64,000 nt of DNA from Candidatus Pacearchaeota archaeon. GTDB taxonomy: Archaea; Nanobdellota; Nanobdellia; Pacearchaeales; GW2011-AR1. Position 1 is the first letter of the stretch; each line of letters begins with the position of its first letter. The notes under the pieces were generated by a model, which saw only the letters and a list, made by a program, of their open reading frames with translations, was not told the DNA's origin and did not search any database. The position numbers and the translations under genes are program-made. This document shows positions 35,192 through 44,059 of this stretch, in pieces. The stretch lies in the NCBI GenBank assembly GCA_050302495.1, contig JBNLBP010000001.1, positions 127,269 through 191,268 of the forward strand, in the 5' to 3' direction.

Positions 35192-37480
35192 ATGCAGTTT
35201 GGACCTGATACAAAATTATATTCTAGTGAAGTCCGTAGAGAAGGAGGGGAGGATGTTCTTTATGTTAATTACCTTGGGGCTAGTTTTGTACCAAATCTTG
35301 CAGATTATCCTGAAATAATGGAAAGAACTATCGATTTATTGATTGAAAACCCCAATGTTTCTAGAATTGTTTTTGTACAACAGAAGAACTATAACTATGA
35401 TTTGAAGGAAACAAATTATCTTTTAGAAATTGCTAGGCTTTATGTTTATTTCATTAGACAGGAGAAAATATTATCTCATGAGAGATTGACTGCTGGAAGT
35501 GAAGAGTTTTTTTCTAAACGATATAATGAGATTTTTTCATTTTTATTTAATCTTAAAAAAGATCCTATTGGAGCTTATTATGATCTTAAGAAATTTTTGA
35601 TTGAGGCTAAGGTTCTTCTTGATGACCTTGCTGGGCCTTCTAAATCAGATCAACAAAATTATGTTTCTTTGATTGAAAAAATAATTAGTTTGCTTTCTGA
35701 TACTGCAATTGTAAGAGATTCTCGATCTTATTTAGATGATTATCATAAAGGGGAGAGGGAGATTTATTATAAATTGTTCAAACCTGATTTAATTCCTAAT
35801 TTTACTTTTACAAGGCTTGTTTCCGATTTGCCCGAAGAAGGAGAGATTGTAGATCAATATAAAATTTCAAATAACAAATATGATGAGTCTCTTGTAACTA
35901 TTTTTAGAAAAAAAGAAGAATCTAAATTCTTTTACCATATCGTCCCTCCTGAGAATGCTTTGAGTGAAGACTATTCAAATTTGTTAAATCTTGCAAGAGG
36001 TGTTCTGATAGAGCACCAACCTAAAGCTGAAGAGTTTACAGATACAGAGAGAACAAGACAAGTTTTCTTTAATATTTCAAGAGATCTGTTGAGTGATTTG
36101 GCACAGAGTAAAAGGATTAAATTGGATTATTCTGACTTGAATTTGTTGGCTACCATTCTTGTAAGACATACTATTGGTTTTGGTTTGGTTGAAGTTTTGT
36201 TACAGGATAAGAATTTACAAGATATTTCTTTGAATGCACCTATACCCCAGGTTCCTATTTATGTGAGGCACAATAAATATCATGAATGCACTTCAAATAT
36301 TTTGCCAAGTCAGGAAGATGCAGATTCTTGGGCAGCTAAATTTAGACTTATTTCTGGGAGACCTTTAGATGAAGCAAACCCTATATTGGATACTCAATTG
36401 GAAATAGGTAATTTAAGGTCAAGAATTGCTATTATCCAGGCCCCTCTTAGTCCGGATGGTTTGGCTTATTCGATTAGAAGACACAGGGAAAGTCCTTGGA
36501 CGTTGCCTTTATTTGTTAAAAATAAAATGCTTAATCCTTTGGCTGCTGGTTTGTTAAGTTTTATGATAGATGGAGCTAGAACTATGTTGGTTGCAGGAAC
36601 TAGAAGTTCGGGTAAAACTTCTTTGTTAGGAAGCCTTATGTTGGAAATAATCCCTAAGTACAGGGTTATTGTTATTGAAGATTCATTGGAGTTGCCTGTT
36701 GAAAGTTTGAGGAAATTGGGGTATGATATTTTGAGGATGAAGGTTAGAAGCGCTTTATTAAAAACAACTAATGAGGTCTCAGCGGATGATGGTATAAGAA
36801 CTTCTTTGAGATTAGGAGATAGCAGTTTAATAGTTGGGGAAGTTAGAAGTGTTGAAGCTAAGGCTCTTTACGAGGCTATGAGGGTGGGTGCTTTGGCAAA
36901 TGTTGTTGCTGGAACAATTCATGGTGCTTCACCTTATGGTGTTTTTGATAGGGTTGTAAATGATTTGGGGGTTCCTGCTACTTCCTTTAAAGCTACAGAT
37001 ATAATTACGGTTTGTAATCCAATAAAATCTGCAGATGGATTAAACTCTTGGAGGAGAGTTTTACAGATTTCTGAAATTAGAAAACATTGGAAGGAAGATC
37101 CTTTGAGGGAAAAAGGCTTTGTGGATCTTATGAAATATAATGTGGAGAAAGATGAATTGGAACCTACAGAAGATTTAATCAATGGAGATAGTGAAACGAT
37201 TAAAGATATTGCTTCGGGAGTTAAAGGATGGGCTGGAAATTGGGACGCTGTTTATGATAATATCTTGCTGAGGGCTAAGATTAAGAAGGAGATTGTGGAT
37301 GTTTCAGAGAAAATTAATAATTCTGAAATACTTGAATCGGATTTTAATACACTGTCTAATCATATGTTTCATAGAATATCTGAAGAAGTTATTAGGGAGA
37401 CGGGTTTACCTTCGAGTGATAGAGTTTTTCCTGAATGGCAGAAGTGGTTGAACGGAGAAATTAAGAAACGGAAATTCTAG
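35192..37480 (+). CDS. type IV pilus/archaellum-type secretion ATPase (FlaI/VirB11/PilB family) with long N- and C-terminal extensions
   Basis: Walker A LVAGTRSSGKTSLLGS, Walker B-like VIVIEDSLE and a His-box region. At 762 aa it is about 200 aa longer than typical FlaI. Confidence 0.78.
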   Translation: MQFGPDTKLYSSEVRREGGEDVLYVNYLGASFVPNLADYPEIMERTIDLLIENPNVSRIVFVQQKNYNYDLKETNYLLEIARLYVYFIRQEKILSHERLTAGSEEFFSKRYNEIFSFLFNLKKDPIGAYYDLKKFLIEAKVLLDDLAGPSKSDQQNYVSLIEKIISLLSDTAIVRDSRSYLDDYHKGEREIYYKLFKPDLIPNFTFTRLVSDLPEEGEIVDQYKISNNKYDESLVTIFRKKEESKFFYHIVPPENALSEDYSNLLNLARGVLIEHQPKAEEFTDTERTRQVFFNISRDLLSDLAQSKRIKLDYSDLNLLATILVRHTIGFGLVEVLLQDKNLQDISLNAPIPQVPIYVRHNKYHECTSNILPSQEDADSWAAKFRLISGRPLDEANPILDTQLEIGNLRSRIAIIQAPLSPDGLAYSIRRHRESPWTLPLFVKNKMLNPLAAGLLSFMIDGARTMLVAGTRSSGKTSLLGSLMLEIIPKYRVIVIEDSLELPVESLRKLGYDILRMKVRSALLKTTNEVSADDGIRTSLRLGDSSLIVGEVRSVEAKALYEAMRVGALANVVAGTIHGASPYGVFDRVVNDLGVPATSFKATDIITVCNPIKSADGLNSWRRVLQISEIRKHWKEDPLREKGFVDLMKYNVEKDELEPTEDLINGDSETIKDIASGVKGWAGNWDAVYDNILLRAKIKKEIVDVSEKINNSEILESDFNTLSNHMFHRISEEVIRETGLPSSDRVFPEWQKWLNGEIKKRKF

Positions 37481-37514
37481 AAATATTTTTAAAGTTGTTT
37501 TTTCTTGTGGATTC

Positions 37515-37898
37515 ATGGTTGGAAGTTTTGGAGTGTTTATTCTTAGTCTTTTAGGGAGTTTTGTTTTAGGAACTTTGCTTCTTATGTTGGTTGCTAAGAT
37601 TTTCAAACAGTCTAATGTATTTGTTCCTTCTGTGAAAGTTTCAATTATTGTTGCATTTTTGGGAGCGATAATAAATATTTTGCCCTTGGGTAATTTTCTT
37701 TCTTTTATTTTGGGATTGGGCTTAATTGTCTTTAATGTTTATTTGATAAAGAGATTCTTTAATGTTAATACTGGGAAAGCTGTAGGTATGTGGTTTGTTC
37801 TTTTAGGCTTTACAACAGTTTTGGTTCTTATTGCCATTGTTGCTTTGTGGAGTATAATTGCTAATTCTATTCAACAGAGTATTCCTGCTAATTTTTAA
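37515..37898 (+). CDS. small 4-TM membrane protein
   Basis: Track ORF. Four hydrophobic helices. Confidence 0.4.
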   Translation: MVGSFGVFILSLLGSFVLGTLLLMLVAKIFKQSNVFVPSVKVSIIVAFLGAIINILPLGNFLSFILGLGLIVFNVYLIKRFFNVNTGKAVGMWFVLLGFTTVLVLIAIVALWSIIANSIQQSIPANF

Positions 37899-37952
37899 TC
37901 TTTCTAATTTTTAGAAATATTTTTAAATACACCTTTCATTAGGTAGTTTAGG

Positions 37953-39839
37953 ATGGATGGAAAAAAGGGGTTGAGAGTTCTTGTTTTGGGAATTTTCCTA
38001 TTTGCATTGTTATCTGGATTTGCTTCTGCAGGGTTGTTTGATAAAACTATTGATAAATACAATGTTGGAAATGGGATAACAGGCAATGCGGTTGGAGATT
38101 CTTATTGTTATGGAATTAACAATTATGAGGGATGTGATCAATATTTTGGATCTGGTATTTCTCTTTGCGAGACAAAAGGATATTGTAAGGTAGAAGGAGA
38201 TTTATGTGTTCCCAAAAGTTGTGAGGAGGTTGGTCTGGATCGTTGTGGAGGTTATGGATGTTCTATTAAAACTGTGGATGAATCTGAGCAGAGATTCGAT
38301 AACCCTAAAGATAATTCGGGAAATGGTATTTTGATTTCAAAGTATTATTACGGAGATAATTATACTAATTATGCCTTGGGTTATTGCGAGAGTAAGGGTT
38401 TTGATGATTTTAGAGACGTTGTGGTTGTAGACGATTCTGCAAAAGCTTGTAGGTGTGATGATTATTGGGGCTGTGAAGGCCAGAGTTGTATAAGTGATGT
38501 TTCTTTGGACTTTAGGTGGGAAAGAATTGGTTCAGTTACTTGTATTGGTGATGAAAGTGAGAATGTTTCTCTATGTGGCAATGGTGTTTTGGAATTAGAA
38601 GAAGAGTGTGATGATGGGAATTTGGTTAAGGGGGATGGATGTTCTAGTTCTTGTTTGAAAGAGGAGAATTTATCTTGCACTGATAGTGATGGGGGCTTAT
38701 CCCGTTATACAAAAGGGGAAACCTGTTTTGGAGATCAGTGCCAAGAAGATTATTGTGAGATTCCTACGGCAGTTAAGGAGTTTTATTGTGATGAGGTTAC
38801 GGGGGGATTAAAAAATGTTCTTCTTACTTGTGTGTCACCAAATAAAACTACTGGTTGTTTGAACGGAGCTTGTATTTCTAATAATGATTCTTCTTATTGT
38901 GATGATAAGAAATGTGTTTTGTATGAGGCTGATGAAGTGCATTTTGGAAATTATGCTGTTTTTATTAATTCTTTTGAATCTGTTTTACCTACTAATTCTG
39001 TTAATTTGACTGTACAGGGTCTTAAAGGTTATCAATTGAAAACTGTTTTGGTAGAAGGAGAGACTAAAACTTTTAATGGAGGGGATTTGGTTTTGACTCT
39101 TGGCGAAGTTAATTTGGACCAATCTAAAATTGTTTTTGATTATAGTTTCTCTGAATGTTCTTCGGATTTTGATTGTTCCATTAACGAAGAATGTGTTTCG
39201 GGGAGTTGCGAGAGTATAGGTATTTCAGAATGTGATTACTTAACTGATGATGTTAGGGAAGAGGTAGCTTTTTTGAGAACACAGAATGCTAATATTGCTT
39301 TTGAAGGTGGGGAAATGAGGTTAAATGATTACCTTGTTGTTCCTTATGGAAACTCTTCAAAGCTTTTGAGGTTTTTTTGGATTTACAACACTGCTAGTAG
39401 TTATTCAAATAATAAAGTTGGTTTTGAAGATGTTTTGTCTAATGAAGTTTATTACTCTACCTTTACTTCAACCGATAAGGCTTATATCTATTTTGGAGAT
39501 GATCGGTATAATCTTAATGTTTCAGGTCTTGGTCTTGGAAGTTATATTGTTATAGATTCCCCTCCTGTTAATTTTGAAGAATGTCTTTTGGTTTCTGATT
39601 CTGAAGGAGGATCTTGTGATTCTGGAGAATGTTTTTTAGATGGAAAATGTTATCCTTTAGGATATAGGAAATCTGGAGAATTTTGTTCTGATAGCGACTT
39701 ATTTATTGAACAGTTAGGAAACGATGAAATTTGCGAAAATAATTTTGAGTGTGACAGTAATCTTTGTATTGATGGGCAATGTGTTGAATCTGGTTTGTTC
39801 ACAAGATTTATTAGCTGGTTCAGAAATTTATTTGGTTAA
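37953..39839 (+). CDS. secreted cysteine-rich surface protein with Myxococcus-type cysteine-rich repeat
   Basis: N-terminal signal-like LRVLVLGIFLFALLSGFASAG. CGNGVLELEEECDDGNLVKGDGCSSSC matches the CGDG..GEECDDGN...DGCS..C repeat. More than 50 Cys. Confidence 0.6.
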   Translation: MDGKKGLRVLVLGIFLFALLSGFASAGLFDKTIDKYNVGNGITGNAVGDSYCYGINNYEGCDQYFGSGISLCETKGYCKVEGDLCVPKSCEEVGLDRCGGYGCSIKTVDESEQRFDNPKDNSGNGILISKYYYGDNYTNYALGYCESKGFDDFRDVVVVDDSAKACRCDDYWGCEGQSCISDVSLDFRWERIGSVTCIGDESENVSLCGNGVLELEEECDDGNLVKGDGCSSSCLKEENLSCTDSDGGLSRYTKGETCFGDQCQEDYCEIPTAVKEFYCDEVTGGLKNVLLTCVSPNKTTGCLNGACISNNDSSYCDDKKCVLYEADEVHFGNYAVFINSFESVLPTNSVNLTVQGLKGYQLKTVLVEGETKTFNGGDLVLTLGEVNLDQSKIVFDYSFSECSSDFDCSINEECVSGSCESIGISECDYLTDDVREEVAFLRTQNANIAFEGGEMRLNDYLVVPYGNSSKLLRFFWIYNTASSYSNNKVGFEDVLSNEVYYSTFTSTDKAYIYFGDDRYNLNVSGLGLGSYIVIDSPPVNFEECLLVSDSEGGSCDSGECFLDGKCYPLGYRKSGEFCSDSDLFIEQLGNDEICENNFECDSNLCIDGQCVESGLFTRFISWFRNLFG

Positions 39840-39901
39840 TCTCTTCTGAAAACATTTATTAATTGCTTTTTGTTTTTTATTCTATATAAAAAGGTGTGAT
39901 T

Positions 39902-42076
39902 ATGGTTAATAATTCAAGAAGGGAATCTGATGTTAATGATATACTTAGGAAGTATGAAGCAAAGCTTCAGAATAAGGTAAGAGGTTTTGACTTTGACAAT
40001 AAAAAATATAGTAAGGAATATACAAAATTTCTTTCAGAGAAAACTCCTGAATTATCTAAATATGAGAGATGGTGTAAGACTCTTGGAAGTTTCATAAAAT
40101 TAAAAGTATCTCAGAAAGATTCTCTTAAGGTTAAGAAACATCTTAATTCTGCACATCTTGACATTGAACCTTGGCAAGCAGTAGGGCTTTCTGTTTTTTC
40201 TTTTTTGGCTGTATTTTTTATTGGTTTGTTTATTTCGTTGGGTTTGGTTTTGATTAAAGGGGACTTTGGAGCTTTTCCTACGGGATTTTTTATTTTGACT
40301 GTTTTTGCAGGAGTTTTTGTATTCTATTTTGTTAATGGCTATCCAGAAAGACTTGCAAATCGTTGGAGGTTGAAGGCTAGTTCCCAGATGGTTCCCGCTG
40401 TACTTTATGTAGTTGTTTATATGAGGCATACTTCTAATTTAGAAAAGGCAATAGCTTTTGCAGCAGATAATTTGCAGTATCCTTTGTCTTTAGATTTTAA
40501 GAAAATATTTTATGATGTTGAATTAGGTAATTTTTCTACAATTAAAGATAGTCTTGATCATTATCTTGAAAGTTGGAGAGGTTATTCGACAGAGTTCATA
40601 GAAGCCTTCCATTTGATTGAATCAAGTTTGTTTGAGCCTGATGGTGGAAGAAGAATTTCTGTTCTTGAGAAGTCTTTACAAGTTGTTTTAGATGGCGTTT
40701 ATGAAAAGATGTTGGTATTTACCCATGATGTAAAAGCACCTTTAACAAATTCCTATATGCTTACAGTTATGCTGCCTATTTTAGGGATTGCTTTGATCCC
40801 TTTGGCTTCTGCAATGCTTGGAGGTTTAATTAAATCCTCTCATGTTATCATTTTGTATAATGTTATGATTCCCTTTATTGCGTTCTTCCTTATGGATAAA
40901 ATTATGATCATGCGTCCAGGAGGTTATGGTGAGACTTCTTATTTGGAGAAGAATCCTTATTATCACGAATATACAAATAAAGGTGTTTATTGGAATGCTT
41001 TCTTTTTGTGTTTGCCCTTTTTTGTAATTGGTTTATTGCCTTTAATTTTCCAGTATACTGGACTTCCAGGGGTTTTAGGTTTACAGAATGACTATACCTT
41101 TTCTGAAATAGGGTGGGGGTTATTTGGTCAACAAAAAATATTTGATTTTAAGGTTACGGATACGGGTGTTACTGGACCTTTTGGCCCTTTAGCCGTTATT
41201 CTTGGATTATTTATTCCATTAGGTATTGCTTTGTTTTTCTCAATTGCTTATAAAGATAGAACTAGGAATTTAATCAAGGAAAGAAAGAGAACTAGACAGC
41301 TTGAGAAAGAATTTAATGGGTCTTTGTTCCAGTTGGGTAACCGTATAGGAAATGGGGTTCCTCCTGAATTGGTTTTTGGAAGGGTTGCAGAAAGTTCTAA
41401 AGGTTTGGTTTCTGGAGAGTTTTTCTCAAGAGTTAATTATAATATAAGACAACTTGGTATGAATGTTGAGAAAGCTATTTTTGATTCAAGAAGAGGTGCA
41501 TTGTTATTTTACCCTTCTGATTTGATTGCTACAAGTATGAAGATTTTAGTTGAATCAAGTAAAAAGGGTTTGAAGATAGCTGCGGTTAGTCTTATGAGCA
41601 TATCCGAATATGTTAAGAACATACAAAAAATTACTGAAAGATTGAGAGATTTACTTGCAGAGATTGTTTCTGATATGAAGAGCAATATGACTTTTTTAGC
41701 TCCTTTGTTATCGGGTATTGTTGTAGGTTTGGCGTTGATGATAACTAGTATCTTGAACAAGTTGGATTTGGCAAGTATTGGAGGAGATTCTGCGGGAATA
41801 AGTGGATTTGAGAATTTACTTAATATTTTTGAACTTACAAAGATGATTCCTCCGTATTATCTTGCAATTGCAATTGGTATTTATTTAATCCAGATAATTT
41901 TTATCCTTACTAGGACGCTTGTAACAATCGATGCAGGAGAAGATCGTTTAGAAACAACTTTTAAGCTATCTCAAAACTTAAAGAAAGGAATTGGATTATT
42001 CTTTGTAGTTTCTCTATTTACAATAATTGCATTGTTTATCTTGAGTTCGGTAGTTCTAGGAAATAGTCTTGGGTGA
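39902..42076 (+). CDS. FlaJ/TadC-like polytopic platform protein (type II secretion F-domain family)
   Basis: 726 aa with clusters of TM helices separated by cytoplasmic domains. It follows the ATPase as in archaeal pilus/archaellum loci. The ATG at 39902 is preferred over the track's GTG at 39896. Confidence 0.65.
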   Translation: MVNNSRRESDVNDILRKYEAKLQNKVRGFDFDNKKYSKEYTKFLSEKTPELSKYERWCKTLGSFIKLKVSQKDSLKVKKHLNSAHLDIEPWQAVGLSVFSFLAVFFIGLFISLGLVLIKGDFGAFPTGFFILTVFAGVFVFYFVNGYPERLANRWRLKASSQMVPAVLYVVVYMRHTSNLEKAIAFAADNLQYPLSLDFKKIFYDVELGNFSTIKDSLDHYLESWRGYSTEFIEAFHLIESSLFEPDGGRRISVLEKSLQVVLDGVYEKMLVFTHDVKAPLTNSYMLTVMLPILGIALIPLASAMLGGLIKSSHVIILYNVMIPFIAFFLMDKIMIMRPGGYGETSYLEKNPYYHEYTNKGVYWNAFFLCLPFFVIGLLPLIFQYTGLPGVLGLQNDYTFSEIGWGLFGQQKIFDFKVTDTGVTGPFGPLAVILGLFIPLGIALFFSIAYKDRTRNLIKERKRTRQLEKEFNGSLFQLGNRIGNGVPPELVFGRVAESSKGLVSGEFFSRVNYNIRQLGMNVEKAIFDSRRGALLFYPSDLIATSMKILVESSKKGLKIAAVSLMSISEYVKNIQKITERLRDLLAEIVSDMKSNMTFLAPLLSGIVVGLALMITSILNKLDLASIGGDSAGISGFENLLNIFELTKMIPPYYLAIAIGIYLIQIIFILTRTLVTIDAGEDRLETTFKLSQNLKKGIGLFFVVSLFTIIALFILSSVVLGNSLG

Positions 42077-42114
42077 TTAATAAGATTTATTAAGAATGTT
42101 TTTTTGTAAATTAT

Positions 42115-42285
42115 ATGAAAAAGGGGTTTTTTTTAAGAGGGAAGAGAGGTATTGTCACAGATTATTTGCCTTGGTTAATTATTGGTTTAGCTATTTTGGT
42201 AATTGTTTTTATTTCAATTATGCTTTTGAAAGATAAAGGTACTAGTTTTATAGATCAAATAAAAAATCTTTTTAGGGGGAGATGA
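42115..42285 (+). CDS. small pilin-like protein with class III (KRG) signal peptide, unlisted short ORF
   Basis: MKKGFFLRGKRGIVTDYLPWLIIGLAILVIVFISIMLL. A basic-Gly motif is followed by a hydrophobic helix. 56 aa. Confidence 0.4.
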   Translation: MKKGFFLRGKRGIVTDYLPWLIIGLAILVIVFISIMLLKDKGTSFIDQIKNLFRGR

Positions 42286-42286
42286 T

Positions 42287-42445
42287 ATGGAATTAACTAT
42301 TGGAAATCTTATTAAAATTATTATCGGGTTGATTGTTATTGTTGCAGTAATTTATGGGGTTTATAGGGTTTTTCAGGGATCTATATTTGATTTTTTTGGA
42401 GGTGTGGGAAATACAAGCAAGGTTTTCCTAAGTTTGTTAACATGA
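42287..42445 (+). CDS. small single-TM protein (52 aa), unlisted short ORF
   Basis: MELTIGNLIKIIIGLIVIVAVIYGVYRVF... Its stop and start overlap the neighbouring ORFs (ATGA-type coupling). Confidence 0.3.
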   Translation: MELTIGNLIKIIIGLIVIVAVIYGVYRVFQGSIFDFFGGVGNTSKVFLSLLT

Positions 42446-42918
42446 TTAAGAATAAGAGGGGTTTTTTGCTTGCAGAAGAGACTCTTAAAATTGTTATTGC
42501 TGTAATTGCTATAGCTTTTCTGATTTATTTTTTAACTAGTCTTTATTTTGCAAAAGTCAATGGGGATAAAAAACTTCAGGCAGATAATTTGATTGAAACA
42601 CTTAAACCTAAATTAAACAATCTTTCAGAAGGAAGTGTGGATAATATTGATGTCTTTAACCCAAAAGGGTGGTATATTTTTAGTTATATAAGTTCAAATG
42701 TGGGGCCTAATGCTTGCGCAGGCAATAATTGCATCTGTATTTGTGATAATGCTTGGGATCTTGATGGAAGGTTTAATAGACAACAAAAAGAATGTGATAA
42801 GGACGGGGTTTGTTATATTCGTTATGATTTTGGAGCTTTTGACCCTATAAGTATTACAGGAGATTTAAAGATAATCAATATTGTTAAATCAGGGGGAAAG
42901 ATTTATTTTCAAGGATAA
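42442..42918 (+). CDS. pilin-like protein with class III signal peptide (KNKRG-FLLAEE) and Cys-rich C-terminal domain
   Basis: N-terminal MIKNKRGFLLAEETLKIVIAVIAIAF has G followed by FxxxE, like type IV prepilins. C-terminal CxGNNCICICDNAW. Confidence 0.6.
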   Translation: MIKNKRGFLLAEETLKIVIAVIAIAFLIYFLTSLYFAKVNGDKKLQADNLIETLKPKLNNLSEGSVDNIDVFNPKGWYIFSYISSNVGPNACAGNNCICICDNAWDLDGRFNRQQKECDKDGVCYIRYDFGAFDPISITGDLKIINIVKSGGKIYFQG

Positions 42919-42924
42919 TCTTTT

Positions 42925-43032
42925 ATGAATATGGATTTAGATGAAATGATAAAGTATATAATTTGGGTTGTTGTCTTTGCTATAGCCCTTTTTGGAATTT
43001 ACACTTTATTAAAGAAAATGGGTATTGCTTAA
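42925..43032 (+). CDS. small single-TM protein (35 aa), unlisted short ORF
   Basis: MNMDLDEMIKYIIWVVVFAIALFGIYTLLKKMGIA. Similar in pattern to the 42287 ORF. Confidence 0.3.
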   Translation: MNMDLDEMIKYIIWVVVFAIALFGIYTLLKKMGIA

Positions 43033-43033
43033 T

Positions 43034-44002
43034 ATGGTAAATTTATTTAAGAATAGAAGAGGTGAATTGACAACACAACAGATTGTTCTATTAATAATTT
43101 TGATTGCTAGTTTTTTGGTTATCTTGTTTTTTTTATTTAGGTTAAATCTTGGGGGAGATTCCGAAAGAGAAATTTGTAGAAATTCTGTTATAACTAGAGG
43201 GAGTTCTGCTTTGCCCGAAGATTCTACGCCTTTGAAATGTTCAAGGACTTATGTCTGTTTGAGTGAGGATAAAAGTTGTGAAAGTTTGTTGAATCCCGTT
43301 GTTAAGAGGGTTAAAACTGAGAAGGAAGTTTATGATGCTCTTGCTGAAGAAATGGCTTTGTGTTGGTGGACTTTTGGCGAAGGTAAGGTTGATTATGTTG
43401 GAGAACAGATTACTCACGAAAATTATTGTTCTATTTGTTCTCAGATAGCCTTTGATGATAGTGTTTTATCTATAGAAGATGATTCTGGAGATCTTGTTTT
43501 TTCTGATGGGAAGATTAGTAAAGATAAACTTTATGATTATTTATCTCAGAGAGAATATTCTGATGGATTAACTTATGCACAATATCTTTTTGGTACTAAC
43601 GACGTTAATGGATTGAAAAACGAAATTATCCAGAGCCAGGATTTGAACAACGAGGTTAGTACTTTTGGGGAGATAGAAATTAACAAGCAGTATTATGTTG
43701 TTATGGGCATTGTAAGTGAATTGAGTACTTGGAAGTTGGCTTTGATAGGTGCAAGTGTGGGTGTTGTGGCCATTCCTGTTTTGGGTGCAAGTTATGTTGG
43801 TGGAGCTATTTTGATTGCAGGAGGGGGAACTTTAGGAGGAACAGTTGGAGGAGATCTTTCGGATTTATTTAATCCTGAGATTGGAGCCATAATTATTAAA
43901 GGAAATGGAATAGATAATTCATTTATGGCACCTACAATACAGGAAATAGATTCCGATAAATTTAATGCTCTTGGGTGTGATAAGATATTAACTTTAAATT
44001 GA
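43034..44002 (+). CDS. pilin-like protein with class III signal peptide (KNRRG-ELTTQQ)
   Basis: MVNLFKNRRGELTTQQIVLLIILIASFLVILFF. C-terminal G-rich segment. The ATG at 43034 is preferred over the track's TTG. Confidence 0.55.
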   Translation: MVNLFKNRRGELTTQQIVLLIILIASFLVILFFLFRLNLGGDSEREICRNSVITRGSSALPEDSTPLKCSRTYVCLSEDKSCESLLNPVVKRVKTEKEVYDALAEEMALCWWTFGEGKVDYVGEQITHENYCSICSQIAFDDSVLSIEDDSGDLVFSDGKISKDKLYDYLSQREYSDGLTYAQYLFGTNDVNGLKNEIIQSQDLNNEVSTFGEIEINKQYYVVMGIVSELSTWKLALIGASVGVVAIPVLGASYVGGAILIAGGGTLGGTVGGDLSDLFNPEIGAIIIKGNGIDNSFMAPTIQEIDSDKFNALGCDKILTLN

Positions 44003-44059
44003 CTATATTATTTGGAAAGCGATAGAAACTTTTATTAATAAAAATATTCTTGAGGTTGT

